DNA of 60,831 bases, counting the filler. It is 4 parts of 4 records of this genome, joined end to end, with 100 filler letters (N's around TTAATTAATTAA, not from the genome) between each part and the next. Parts side by side here need not be neighbours in the genome. Positions count along the whole stretch, not along the records: positions 1 to 14,063 come from DRR723986_2414; positions 14,164 to 24,847 come from DRR723986_2415; 2 more parts are not named here. One strand, written 5' to 3'. Under the pieces are notes generated by a model that was given only the letters and a program-made list of their open reading frames with translations, did not search any database and was not told the DNA's origin. This document shows positions 10,182-21,200 of the stretch, piece by piece. Position 1 is the stretch's first letter, and every line of letters begins with the position of its first letter. Both the position numbers and the translations under genes were made by a program.

Positions 10182-11899
10182 GCACTTTAGATTGGGTTGT
10201 ACTTTTTGGGACGCTGGCGCTTATAGCGACTTATGGAGTTTATAAAACTTATGGTCCAAAGAGCCTGGATTCTTACCTAAGAGGTAAAAACTCCATGAAT
10301 TGGTGGTCGATTGGATTGTCTATAATGGCTACTCAGGCTTCTGCCATTACCTTTTTGAGCACTCCTGGACAAGCTTATGAAGACGGAATGCGATTCATTC
10401 AGTTTTACTTTGGGTTGCCGTTAGCAATGATCATTATTTCGGTTGTCTTTATTCCGATTTATTACAAACTGAAAGTTTATACAGCATACGAGTTTCTAGA
10501 AAATAGATTTGACCTAAAAACCCGAACCCTTGCAGCACTATTGTTTATTCTGCAGCGAGGTTTAGCAGCAGGTATTACCATTTATGCCCCCGCAATTATA
10601 TTGTCCACTTTGCTAGGTTGGAATTTGACATTTACCAACGTTTTGATTGGCTCGGTAGTTATTCTTTACACAGTCTCTGGTGGTACTGAGGCCGTTTCTA
10701 TTACTCAAAAGCAGCAAATGGCTGTAATGATGGGAGGGATGATTTTGGCTGGGATTATCGTTATCCAATTGCTGCCAATTTCATTTCAAGAAGCTATGCA
10801 TGTGGCAGGGAAGATGGATAAACTGAACATGATCAACTTTGAGTTTGATATCTCAGATCGATACAATGTCTGGTCAGGTATGACTGCAGCTGTCTTTCTA
10901 TTCCTATCTTATTTCGGCACAGATCAAAGTCAGGTACAGCGCTACCTTTCAGGCCAGACACTTTCTCAAAGTCGAATGGGACTAATAATGAATGGCTTTT
11001 TGAAGATCCCTATGCAATTCATCATTCTTTTTATTGGAGTGATGGTATTTGTGTTTTACCAGTTCTTTTTACCTCCGGTAGTTTTTAACAAAGTGCAGAC
11101 GGATAAGCTGCGAGAAAGTGAATATGCTAGCGAATTTGAAGGTTTGGAAGCAGAATATGCGGTGAAGTTTGAACTCAGTAAATCTTCCTACTTGGAAATG
11201 CTGGATGCGATAGAGCAAGGTGATGAAGGGAGGGAAACAGAAATTCGCGAGGAAATCTCAGTATTGAAGTCTGAGCAGGAAAGTATTCGCGAAGAGGTAA
11301 AAGAACTGATTGTAACCAATGATCCTGTGGCTGAGACCAGGGATACCGATTATGTATTTATGCGTTTTGTGATGGATAATCTCCCTAATGGTATCATCGG
11401 GTTGCTTTTCGCAGTAATTTTCTCAGCTGCGATGTCATCAACAGCTTCCGAGTTAAATGCATTAGGGTCCACAACTACTATAGATTTATATAAGCGTTCG
11501 ATTAAAAAAGAAGCATCTGACAAGCACTACCTAATGTCATCCAAGCTTTTTACCGCTTTTTGGGGGGGCGGAGCAATACTCTTCGCTACCTATGCATCTT
11601 TGTTTGAGAACTTAATTCAGGCAGTCAACCTACTTGGTTCACTTTTCTATGGTACCATTCTTGGGATTTTCTTAGTGGCTTTCTTTATGAAGTGGGTGAA
11701 AGGGCAGGCAGTATTTATTGCGGCATTACTTTCCCAGGGACTGGTTTTATTTGTGCATTTCAACAATGGAGATGTAATGGACAACAACCTTTGGGATATT
11801 GGTTTCCTTTGGTATAATCCTATCGGATGTCTTTCAGTGATGATTTTTGCAGCACTACTTCAGATGATCATTCCTTCCAAAAGCACGAGTCAATCATAA
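10178..11899 (+). CDS. Sodium:solute symporter (SSS) family protein
   Basis: Many TM helices; SIMATQASAITF, GTDQSQVQRYL and AAMSST motifs. Confidence 0.93.
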   Translation: MSTLDWVVLFGTLALIATYGVYKTYGPKSLDSYLRGKNSMNWWSIGLSIMATQASAITFLSTPGQAYEDGMRFIQFYFGLPLAMIIISVVFIPIYYKLKVYTAYEFLENRFDLKTRTLAALLFILQRGLAAGITIYAPAIILSTLLGWNLTFTNVLIGSVVILYTVSGGTEAVSITQKQQMAVMMGGMILAGIIVIQLLPISFQEAMHVAGKMDKLNMINFEFDISDRYNVWSGMTAAVFLFLSYFGTDQSQVQRYLSGQTLSQSRMGLIMNGFLKIPMQFIILFIGVMVFVFYQFFLPPVVFNKVQTDKLRESEYASEFEGLEAEYAVKFELSKSSYLEMLDAIEQGDEGRETEIREEISVLKSEQESIREEVKELIVTNDPVAETRDTDYVFMRFVMDNLPNGIIGLLFAVIFSAAMSSTASELNALGSTTTIDLYKRSIKKEASDKHYLMSSKLFTAFWGGGAILFATYASLFENLIQAVNLLGSLFYGTILGIFLVAFFMKWVKGQAVFIAALLSQGLVLFVHFNNGDVMDNNLWDIGFLWYNPIGCLSVMIFAALLQMIIPSKSTSQS

Positions 11900-11904
11900 A
11901 TAGC

Positions 11905-11929
11905 AAAAGCCTCCGATCTGGAGGCTTTT
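11905..11929. terminator. Bidirectional terminator
   Basis: AAAAGCCTCC-GATCT-GGAGGCTTTT between convergent genes. Confidence 0.8.
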
Positions 11930-11967
11930 CTAAGTTAAGTATCTGACATTGAATATCTGGTGATCAA

Positions 11968-12813
11968 TTACTTCAATGATTTAATCAATCGTTCATTCAA
12001 TCCTACATAGTCTGGATTTCCGGCTTCCTCAGCCAAGTCAATAGCTTCCGTCGCAGTTTCTACAGCTTCTGTTTTTTTACCCAAAGCTGCTTCTATCTTT
12101 GCCTTCAGATGCATGGTCCAGTATTTCGGATCGGCTTCTACAGACTCATTTATCCAATTGTAAGCTAGATTGATATCCTTGCCGTTTGTATAATAATAAC
12201 TGGCTGCAGAATACAATAAGCTGGGGTCTGAAGTATCACCATCAATCACATATTCTTGGATTTGCGCCATCACTAGGGGATCGACTTCTGTTTCTATTCT
12301 GAAATCAACTCTTGTATTTTCCCATTTCAATGAAAGATCAGAACCTGTATCTGTCATATTTGCAAAGCTGATCTCAAAGGTTTCCGCCTTCTTGCTAAGT
12401 TTTTCGGGTTTAGTTTTGAATCTGATAAGGTCATCACTTTGCTCGTAACCTATTGCTCCCCACAGTTTGATGTTTTTTGAGAGAATCATCGTCCACTCAG
12501 ATTTGCCTGGAATAGCATAAAGCGCATATTGACCAGAAGGGATGGTGGTACCGTCGATGATTACATCCGTAGAAAAGGATAGAACCGTGGCGCCATTCGC
12601 CCCAGTTCTCCAAATTTGTCCGTAGGGAACAAGCTCTCCAAATATTTTGCGGCCTTTGGTACTAGGTCTGCTGTAGTCAACTGTCACATCCGTCAAGCCG
12701 ACTTTTTGGGCAATTTTAGCCGATGGAGATGCCTGTGGCATTTGGATTTGCTGCGCAAAAGAAACAGCGCAACAAAGTAAAAAGGCTATTGTTAGAACGG
12801 TTTTTTGTTTCAT
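11968..12813 (-). CDS. DUF2911 domain secreted protein with C-terminal TPR-like helices
   Basis: Start re-set to MKQKTVL (signal peptide); PQASP, VDYSRP..KGRKIFG.LVPYG.IWRTGAN. Confidence 0.88.
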   Translation of the reverse strand: MKQKTVLTIAFLLCCAVSFAQQIQMPQASPSAKIAQKVGLTDVTVDYSRPSTKGRKIFGELVPYGQIWRTGANGATVLSFSTDVIIDGTTIPSGQYALYAIPGKSEWTMILSKNIKLWGAIGYEQSDDLIRFKTKPEKLSKKAETFEISFANMTDTGSDLSLKWENTRVDFRIETEVDPLVMAQIQEYVIDGDTSDPSLLYSAASYYYTNGKDINLAYNWINESVEADPKYWTMHLKAKIEAALGKKTEAVETATEAIDLAEEAGNPDYVGLNERLIKSLK

Positions 12814-12999
12814 TGAAATTGAAGTTATAATTTGGTTTAGACTTACGTAAGCGTAAAATTTGAAAGTATGTTTTGAATTGAGATGCAATTTGAAAGTTTT
12901 TATAGAGATAAAACAGAGTGCATACTTCGTTTTTTTTATCAAAATTGAACCTTTTCCCCAGTTTTCCATCCACAATTAATTTCCTTCGTATAGAACAGT

Positions 13000-13920
13000 A
13001 TGAGTTTAGCTATTATTTGTCCCGGTAAGAATCCGGATGTTTGGATTGAGCAATTCAATAAGCTCGATTCTGAACTTTCCATTGAAGTCTACCCAGAAAT
13101 CACCAATCCTGAAAAAGTCGAATTTGTCTTTCTTTGGCAACATCCTGAAGGAATTCTTTCTGACTTTCCAAATTTAAAACTGATCAGCTCCATGGGAGCG
13201 GGCGTGGATCATATTTTGCGCGATAAATCGATTCCAAAGAATATACCAATTGTGAGAATTGTTGATGATAAACTTACCTTTTCAATGACTAATTACGTGG
13301 TGATGGCTGTTTTGAATTACCACAGGCAGATTTCTCGCTACCAGATGAACCAAACTCGAAAAGTCTGGGATATGAGTACTCCAGAATTGGATGTGTCTAT
13401 AGGCGTTATGGGGGTTGGGGCTTTAGGTAAGGATGTAATGGATAAGTTAAGTATTATGGGCTTTCCAGTAGCTGGTTTTGGTTTTTCCGAAAAAACTGAT
13501 TTCGAATATCCATATTATACCAAAGACCAGTTGGATGAGTTTTTAAAAGAAGTTAATGTGTTAGTCTGCCTTCTTCCATTGACGCCGGATACGGAGAATA
13601 TTCTCAATGCTGAGCTTTTTGAAAAATGCAATCCCAATACCTACCTCATCAATGTGGCAAGAGGAAGACACTTGGTTGAAGAAGATTTGACAAAAGCCTT
13701 GGAAAATGGCCAGCTTTCAGGAGCTATGCTTGATGTGTATCGAGAAGAGCCATTGCCTGAGAATCATCCGTTTTGGGAAAACTGGAAAATAACAATGACT
13801 CCGCACATTGCTAGTGTAACTAACCCACAGGCAGCAGCACCGCAAGTGATAGAAAACATAAAGAGAATCCGTGAAAACAAGGAATTGATTAATGTCGTTG
13901 ACCGCACTAGAGGTTATTAA
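13000..13920 (+). CDS. ghrA: Glyoxylate/hydroxypyruvate reductase A-like D-2-hydroxyacid dehydrogenase
   Basis: SMGAGVDH, GVMGVGALG, LLPLTPDTENIL, INVARG, LDVY..EPLP..HPFW, TPHIAS. Confidence 0.88.
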   Translation: MSLAIICPGKNPDVWIEQFNKLDSELSIEVYPEITNPEKVEFVFLWQHPEGILSDFPNLKLISSMGAGVDHILRDKSIPKNIPIVRIVDDKLTFSMTNYVVMAVLNYHRQISRYQMNQTRKVWDMSTPELDVSIGVMGVGALGKDVMDKLSIMGFPVAGFGFSEKTDFEYPYYTKDQLDEFLKEVNVLVCLLPLTPDTENILNAELFEKCNPNTYLINVARGRHLVEEDLTKALENGQLSGAMLDVYREEPLPENHPFWENWKITMTPHIASVTNPQAAAPQVIENIKRIRENKELINVVDRTRGY

Positions 13921-14063
13921 TTACTAGGATTATCCGCAAGGATGCCAGTAATCTAGATTCATTGCTCATCAGACATGAAGGCCGAACTGGCCTCAATTCT
14001 AAGTTTAACATATCATACTTTGCATTTAGTAGCCTACTGGTAGAAAAGCGGATATACATATTA

Positions 14064-14163
14064 NNNNNNNNNNNNNNNNNNNNNNNNNNNNNNNNNNNNN
14101 NNNNNNNTTAATTAATTAANNNNNNNNNNNNNNNNNNNNNNNNNNNNNNNNNNNNNNNNNNNN
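14064..14163. other. Artificial contig-joining spacer
   Basis: 44 N + TTAATTAATTAA (stops in all frames) + 44 N; composition changes abruptly across it. Confidence 0.99.
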
Positions 14164-14239
14164 TTTTCTGGCGAGAGAGGGTATGCACCTGAGATAGCGT
14201 AGCGACTGCAAGCAGACTCTCGCCAGCGCAACAAACTGT

Positions 14240-15013
14240 TCAAGCGCCGTATGTCTTGTCCAGATACCGCAAAATGTCGTTGGACTCGTACATCGCCACA
14301 CCCGTATTCGGATCGATCAGATAAGGTACCTGCACCTTGCCAGTATTCTCCGACAACCAAGCCCGGTTGCGCGTGGTGCCTTGTGGCGCCTTAAACAGCT
14401 TGTCGCGGAAAACCGGCGGGCCCATGTCCGTCATGGCGCCCTTGGGCGTGTTCTTCAGCAGATATGGAATTTCCAGTTCGCACAAACGCGCGCGTACAGG
14501 CTTGGAGTATGGGCTACTCTCAAAGCTGTAAAGCACCAAGGGTTCAGCAGGTGCTTTTGATGGTCGGGCTTTCATGCCCTGAAACCCGCCGATCCGGTAC
14601 TGGAAGGTGCTGGCCAAAGCCGAAGTCCCCACCGCCACTTTGCGTCCAAAGCCCTGCTGGCTTTTCAATTTGCTCTCGTAGGTTTTGGCCAGGTAATCGA
14701 TGATGTCGGCTGATTCATTCATGACCACGCCGGTGTTGTCATCCACCAGCATTGGAAACTTGGTGCCGGGCAACAATTGGCGAGCCTCGTCGCGAAAACG
14801 CTTGCCACCTGCGGGGCAAGGCAAAATCATCACATCCAGGTCCATTTCGCAAAGCGCTTCCCGCACCAACCGGCAAAACGGACTGATTTCGATGTCGTAC
14901 AGTTTCAATGGCTTTTCGGGCGTTTTTCGGGCTCGGGCAGTGATGCCGGTGCCGCGCCAGCCGCGTGCTGTGCCTGCCAGTAAGTTGAAAATTGCGTCGA
15001 TGTTGGTGTTCAT
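14240..15013 (-). CDS. Glutathione S-transferase N-terminal (thioredoxin-fold) tandem-domain protein
   Basis: Two repeats: LYDIEISPFCRLVRE..FPMLVDDNTGVVMNESADIIDYL and LYSFESSPYSKPVR..VPYLIDPNTGVAMYESNDILRYL. Confidence 0.85.
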   Translation of the reverse strand: MNTNIDAIFNLLAGTARGWRGTGITARARKTPEKPLKLYDIEISPFCRLVREALCEMDLDVMILPCPAGGKRFRDEARQLLPGTKFPMLVDDNTGVVMNESADIIDYLAKTYESKLKSQQGFGRKVAVGTSALASTFQYRIGGFQGMKARPSKAPAEPLVLYSFESSPYSKPVRARLCELEIPYLLKNTPKGAMTDMGPPVFRDKLFKAPQGTTRNRAWLSENTGKVQVPYLIDPNTGVAMYESNDILRYLDKTYGA

Positions 15014-15150
15014 GGCTTGCCTCTGTCCTGTAATTATTCGAAATTGTCGTTATTTTGTGCGCGAACGTGTCCGCAGTGTAGACGAATCCCCCTAGCCCGC
15101 CGCATTGCTTGTTACTATTTTTTCAAACACACCCGCACCGGAGAAGAAAC

Positions 15151-15582
15151 TTGAAAAAACTGCTGCTGATCAACGGTCCCAACCTGAACCTGTTGGGCAC
15201 GCGCGAGCCCGGCATCTATGGACACATGACCCTGGCTGACATTGAAAAAGCCTTGAAGAACATTGCCTTCACCGATGGTTTCGAGTTGATGACCTTTCAA
15301 AGCAACCATGAGGGTGCATTGATTGACCGTATTCACAAGGCAAAAACCGAAGATGTCTCAGGCATTGTGATCAACCCGGCCGGTTATACCCACACCAGCG
15401 TCGCGCTGCGCGACGCACTGGCCGGCGTGGCCATTCCGTTTATTGAAGTGCACCTGTCCAACATCTACAAACGCGAGAGCTTTCGACACAACAGCTATTT
15501 TTCAGACTTGGCTGAAGGTGTCATTTGCGGGCTGGGCTGGCAAGGGTATGTGTACGCCTTGCGGCAACTGGCCTCGAAATAA
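15151..15582 (+). CDS. aroQ: Type II 3-dehydroquinate dehydratase
   Basis: TTG start after [53 protein letters not shown]. Confidence 0.96.
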   Translation: MKKLLLINGPNLNLLGTREPGIYGHMTLADIEKALKNIAFTDGFELMTFQSNHEGALIDRIHKAKTEDVSGIVINPAGYTHTSVALRDALAGVAIPFIEVHLSNIYKRESFRHNSYFSDLAEGVICGLGWQGYVYALRQLASK

Positions 15583-15693
15583 GGAAAGCGGGGGCATGGT
15601 GATTTTCGGTTCAATTTTGTAAAGATCAGTTAACAGCTGAACAAACAGCCCAAGACTGTGGTCTGATGGGCACTCAACAAGAAAAACGACACC

Positions 15694-17106
15694 ATGAAGC
15701 ACCACCTCAAACCCCTGCTGCCCCTTGCCTTGGCTCTGTCGCTGGGGGCCTGCGCCACTGTTGAGTCCAGAAAACCAGAAATTGACAACCGGTTTGAAAA
15801 TGCAACGTTCAAACCCTTGGTCAGCCCGGATGCAGTGCAGGCCCCAGCTGACTGGTGGAAGGGTTTTGCAAGCGAACAACTCAACACACTGATGCAGCAG
15901 GCACAGGCCGACAACCTGAGCCTTGAGGCCACTGAAGCCCGGTTGCGTGCAGCTCAAGCCAGCCTGGACGCAGCACAAGCCAGTTTTTTCCCTTCGCTCA
16001 CATTGAATGCAGGCCGACAGGAAAACACTGTGAAAGGCACCAGCATACAAGGGCAGGCGACCAACAATCGCGGGTTGTTTACCTCGGCCTCGTTTGTAGC
16101 CAGCTATGAAATTGATCTGTGGTCGCGGGTTCGCAACTCGGCCAAAGCCTCTGAATTGCAACTTCAGGCCACGCGCTATGAACTGGATGCCGCCCGCATC
16201 AGCATCGCCGGCCAGTTGGCCTCCACTTGGGCTCAATGGGTGGCTGCCGATCAGACTGTGCGGCTGTTCGAAACAGAGCTGGAGAGTTTTCAGACCAATT
16301 TAAAATTGGTTGAATTGCGATTCCGTCAGGGCGGTGCGGTGGCCTCTGACGTGTTCCAACAAAGACAACTGGTTGAATCGGCCCAAGGTAACCTGGCTCA
16401 AGCCCTGTCCAATCGCGATGTCTTGCTCAACAGCCTGGCGCTGTTGGTAGGCCAACCCCCCAACAAAATCAGCCTGAATCGTGAGAGCCTACCCGCTCTC
16501 CCCCCTTTGCCTGCAACAGGTTTTCCTGCTGAATTATTGAATCGACGCCCCGATGTGCAACAGGCTTGGTCGCAGGTGCTGGCCACCGACCGCAGTGTGG
16601 CTGCCGCCATCGCCAACCGCTTTCCGCAACTCAGTTTACGCGCAAGCTTTAGTGATCAAACCCCGGACTCCGATTTGCTGTTTGACAACTGGGTGCGCAA
16701 TTTGAGCGTCAATCTGGTCGCACCACTGTTCGACGGGGGCGCACGCTCCGCGGAAGTTGAACGCCAACGCGCATTGCTTGACCAAGCCGTGGCGCAATAC
16801 CAGGACGCTGCAATCAATGCACTGGCCGATGTAGACAATGCACTGATTCAGGAAACCCGGCAACGCGAGGCCGTGGACAGTTTTCAGAGGCAACTCGAAC
16901 TGGCTGAACTCAGTTTGAAGCGGCTGTTCGCAGGCTATCGCAACGGCACGGTCGACTACCTGGCAATTCTGGATGCACAACAAAGCACCAGCCAGTTAAG
17001 GCGCAACCTGGTGAACGCACAACAACAACTGGTGGGCTTTCGGATTGCCCTTTACAGGGCGCTGTCCGGCAGCATTCCCCAATCTACAGCAGCAGAGCAG
17101 TCATGA
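15694..17106 (+). CDS. RND efflux outer-membrane lipoprotein (NodT/OprM-type)
   Basis: Lipobox LGAC, WW..F, SYEIDLW, ELLNRRPDV, PLFDGG, LYRALSG. Confidence 0.92.
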   Translation: MKHHLKPLLPLALALSLGACATVESRKPEIDNRFENATFKPLVSPDAVQAPADWWKGFASEQLNTLMQQAQADNLSLEATEARLRAAQASLDAAQASFFPSLTLNAGRQENTVKGTSIQGQATNNRGLFTSASFVASYEIDLWSRVRNSAKASELQLQATRYELDAARISIAGQLASTWAQWVAADQTVRLFETELESFQTNLKLVELRFRQGGAVASDVFQQRQLVESAQGNLAQALSNRDVLLNSLALLVGQPPNKISLNRESLPALPPLPATGFPAELLNRRPDVQQAWSQVLATDRSVAAAIANRFPQLSLRASFSDQTPDSDLLFDNWVRNLSVNLVAPLFDGGARSAEVERQRALLDQAVAQYQDAAINALADVDNALIQETRQREAVDSFQRQLELAELSLKRLFAGYRNGTVDYLAILDAQQSTSQLRRNLVNAQQQLVGFRIALYRALSGSIPQSTAAEQS

Positions 17107-18290
17107 GCGATCAATCTTTTTTCAAGCGCAAGTGGGTACAAATTGGCCTGGCCGTTGGGGTCGTTGCCATAGGTGTTGTTGGGTCTGAATTGCTGGTGGC
17201 CACGGCACCCACTGCCAGCCGCAAACCGCCGGAAAAAGTTGCACGGTTGGTAACCACCGAAGCCGTGAAAGCCGGAGACTACACAGTCAGCTTGCTGGGC
17301 TATGGCGTGGTTGAACCCGAACAACAAATTACTTTGCAGGCACGGGTGAGCGGCACTGTTCAAAGCATTGGTCCGAAGTTTGTACCGGGTGCATCCTTCA
17401 AAAAGGGCGATGTGTTGGTACAGCTGGACAACACCGACTACCGAATTGAATTACAAACAGCGCAAGCCGCACTTGCACAGGCACAATCCACGCTCACCTC
17501 CGAGCTGGGTAACCAGGTTGTGGCGCAATCCGACTTCGAATTACTGGGTTTGAATGTGGATGAACGTGAACGTGCGCTGATTTTGCGCAAACCACAACTG
17601 GAAGCTGCCAAGGCCACTGTGCAGTCTGCGCAGGCCGGTGTTGAGCGCGCCAAGGTGAACCTGGAGCGTACCATTTTGCGGGCACCTTTCGACGGTGTGG
17701 TGGTGAGTCGTGAAGCAAGTGTGGGCGCGCAAGTCAGCGCCTCCACCGCACTTGGCGTGTTGGCCAGCAGCGAGGCCTACTGGATCAGTGTGGCCGTGCC
17801 GCAAGCTGATTTGAAATGGATCAAGTTCCCTGAAGACAAACAGGCGGGCTCAACCGTGTGCGTTAGCGATGCAAGCAGCCGAGAGGACGGTTGCCACAAG
17901 GGTACGGTGCTGAACCTGCAAACCAGCGTGCAAGACAACGGACGGCAAGCGCAAGTATTGGTCGAAGTGCCCCGCAGTCAAAACAAGAGCAACGACAAGA
18001 ACCTGCAGCCACTGTTGCTGGCCCAGTATGTGAAAGTTCGCTTTGATGGTATTGAACTGAAAAATGTGTTCAAACTTGCGCCCTCCTCCGTGCATGACAA
18101 CACCGTGTGGGTCAACGATGGCGGTGAACTTGATATTCGGCCCGTCAATATCGCCTTCCGTTCCGCCGAGTATGTGTTGATTGATCGTGGCTTGAACAAT
18201 GGCGAGAATATTGTGACTTCCAACCTGGGGTCACCGGTGAACCGCATGGCCATTCGGACGAACGAGACACCTGCGGCGGTCAAACCATGA
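17103..18290 (+). CDS. RND efflux periplasmic adaptor (MFP)
   Basis: N-terminal TM; ARVSG, GDVLVQLD, LERTILRAPFDGVV; overlaps the upstream stop. Confidence 0.92.
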   Translation: MSDQSFFKRKWVQIGLAVGVVAIGVVGSELLVATAPTASRKPPEKVARLVTTEAVKAGDYTVSLLGYGVVEPEQQITLQARVSGTVQSIGPKFVPGASFKKGDVLVQLDNTDYRIELQTAQAALAQAQSTLTSELGNQVVAQSDFELLGLNVDERERALILRKPQLEAAKATVQSAQAGVERAKVNLERTILRAPFDGVVVSREASVGAQVSASTALGVLASSEAYWISVAVPQADLKWIKFPEDKQAGSTVCVSDASSREDGCHKGTVLNLQTSVQDNGRQAQVLVEVPRSQNKSNDKNLQPLLLAQYVKVRFDGIELKNVFKLAPSSVHDNTVWVNDGGELDIRPVNIAFRSAEYVLIDRGLNNGENIVTSNLGSPVNRMAIRTNETPAAVKP

Positions 18291-21200
18291 ATGCTGCAAG
18301 CCGACGCCGGGTAGACCGCTCAGGCCCACTGGCCTGGATGACCAAGAATACCGTGGCCGCCAACATCCTGATGTGGGTGTGCCTGATCGGAGGTGTGTTC
18401 GGATTCATGAACATGACCAAAGAAGTGTTCCCCGAATTCGAGCTGGATTTGGTCACGGTGTCTGTGGCCTACCCGGGCGCAAGTCCCGAAGATGTTGAAC
18501 AAGGCATAGTGTTGGCCATTGAGGAAGCGATTTCTGCCATTGAGGGAATTGTGGAAGTCAATTCCACAGCCAATGAGGGCGTGGCCAGCGTGGTCATTGA
18601 AATTGATGAATCGGAAGATGCGCAGGCTGTTTACGACAGGATCAAGCAAGAGGTCGATCGAATCACCACCTTCCCCGGTGATGCCGAAGTACCGAATGTG
18701 TCGCTGACTGCGCGTAAACGTGGGGTGGTTACACTGGTGGTGCACGGCGATACCGATGAATTGTCCCTGCGCAATCTGGCTGAAGAAGTACGCGACGGCT
18801 TGCTGCAAAACCCTGGTATCACACAAGTTGATTTGACTGAAACACGCGAACAGGAAATTCACGTTGAAGTACCAGAATCACGACTGAACGCCTATGGGCT
18901 CACGCTGCAAGGTATTGCTGACAATATTCGGGCCAATGTGATTGAAGTATCCGGCGGAAGTATTTCAACCCAAAGCGGTGAAATATTGCTGCGTGTTTCT
19001 GAGCGGCGTGATTTCGCCAATGAATTTGCGGCGCTGCCGATTGTCTCGCCCGTCAGCGGCACTCCCTTGAAGCTGGGTGACATTGCCACAGTGCGCGATG
19101 GTTTTCAGGACATCGACAAATACGCCACATTCAACGGCAAGCCATCGATAGAAATTTCGGTATCGCGCATTGGAGATCAAACCCCGATTGGAATTTCCGA
19201 GGCCACGCAGGAGGCGCTGGAGCGCATTCGCCCCTTGATGCCTGAAGGCATCGAAATTTCGGTGGTCAGTGATCGTTCTGACACCTACAAACAGCGACAG
19301 GAATTGCTGGCCAAGAACGCGGTGATGGGCTTGATACTCGTGATGGTGCTGCTGACCATTTTCCTGGACTGGAAGCTGGCCTTCTGGATCAGCTTGGGCA
19401 TTCCAATTGCCTTTCTGGGCGCCATGTTGTTCCTGCCGCTGTTCGGGGTCACTTTCAACATGATTTCCATGTTCGCTTTCATCATTGCACTGGGTATCGT
19501 GGTGGACGATGCAATTGTTGCCGGCGAGAACATTTATGAATACCGACAACAAGGCATGAGCATGCTGGATGCATCCATTCAGGGTGCGCGCGATGTGGCC
19601 GTGCCGGTGACTTTCAGCATTCTGACCAACATCGCAGCATTCGCACCGTTGCTGTTTGTACCGGGCTTTCTCGGGAAAATTTGGGGTGTCATTCCACTGG
19701 TGGTGTGTACGGTGTTTGTGGTGTCGCTGATGGAGGCAATTTTCATCTTGCCAGCCCACTTGGCGCACAGCAAAGAAAGCAAGGGAAAATTCCACAACTG
19801 GCAACAAAAGTTCTCCAAGGGATTCAGCCAGTTTATTGAACGCCGCTACACCCCGATCGTCCAGAAATGTGTGGAATACCGATACCTGTCCATGGGCGTT
19901 GGCATTGCCTTGATGGTGCTGGTGATCAGTTGGCCGGTCAGTGGCCGAATGGGCTTCGAACTGTTTCCACAAGTGGAAGCGGATCAGTCTGAAGTGCGGG
20001 CGCAATTGCCGCTGGGCAGCACCAATGAACAAGTGAACCTGGTGCGCGATCGAATTGTCGCCAGCGCTTTGAAAACCGTGGAGGCCACGGGTGGCGAACA
20101 ACAGAGCACCGGCATTTATGCCAGTGTGAATGAAAACAACATCACCGTTCGAACTTACCTCACGCCGCCGGGCGTACGCCCAGTGCCCACTGCAGAATTC
20201 ACCGACCAATGGCGTCTCGACGTTGGCAATATTCCCGGTGTCGAAACCATTCGCTTCGCAGCCGATTCGGGTGGCCCCGGCAGTGGCCCTGCTTTCACGG
20301 TGCAATTAAGCCACCGCAATGTAGACACCCTGCGCCAGGCCAGCGAAGCACTGGCGCGTGAACTGGCCAACTACCCCATGGTGTCCGAAATTGATGATGG
20401 ATTTCAGAATGGCAAGGAACAGTTCAGCTTTACTTTGAAAGAGGAAGCGCGCCGCTTGGGACTGAGTTCAAACGACATTGGTCGACAGGTTCGCGCTGCT
20501 TTTTTTGGGGCTGAAGCCCTGCGCCAACAACGTGGCCGCAACGAAGTCAAGGTGCTGGTGATGCGCCCTGAAACAGAACGTTCAGCTCAAACCGATGTGC
20601 GAGACCTCTTGATTCGCACACCACAAGGCACACTGGTACCCCTGCATTCACTGGTGGAATTTGACGATACGCGTGCGGTTGCCAACATCACGCGAAGGGA
20701 CGGACGACGAACCATTTCCGTGACCGCGAACGTGAACCCGCGCAACCAGGCACAACAGGTGCAAAATGCCACTGTGCAAGACCTCATGCCGAAGTTGATG
20801 GCCGACTACCCGGGCTTGAGCTACAGCTTTGCCGGCCGCCAGCAAGATTTTTCGGAAGCCCTGGGTGGTTTGGGCAAAGGCTTCATGGTGGCCTTGTTGC
20901 TGATCTACGTGCTGTTGGCCATTCCGTTCAAAAGTTACCTGCAACCGTTTGTCGTCATGTTGGCGATTCCGTTCGGAATTTTCGGCGCAATTGTAGGCCA
21001 CTTGATGATGGGCTATAGCATCAGCATTGTGTCCATGATGGGTATTCTTGCGCTGGCCGGCGTGGTGGTGAATGATTCACTGGTGATGGTGGACTACGCC
21101 AACGAAAAAGTACGCGAAGGCATGACGCCCTACGAGGCTATTTGTACTTCAGGCGTGCGGCGTTTCCGACCCATCATGTTAACAACAGTATCCACATTTG

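Noticed and set aside
14108..14119. TTAATTAATTAA recurring three times as a biological repeat
   Set aside because: It is always centred in N44 flanks, so it is a synthetic all-frame stop linker.
14165..14240. Glycine riboswitch (minus strand has GCGAGAG and CTCAGG)
   Set aside because: The CCGAAG core is missing, and it lies downstream of a gene at a contig edge.
18965..20305. Long antisense ORFs (also 31587-32582, 47008-48168, 57685-58596)
   Set aside because: They are shadows of well-supported genes on the opposite strand, or have non-protein-like composition with no motifs.
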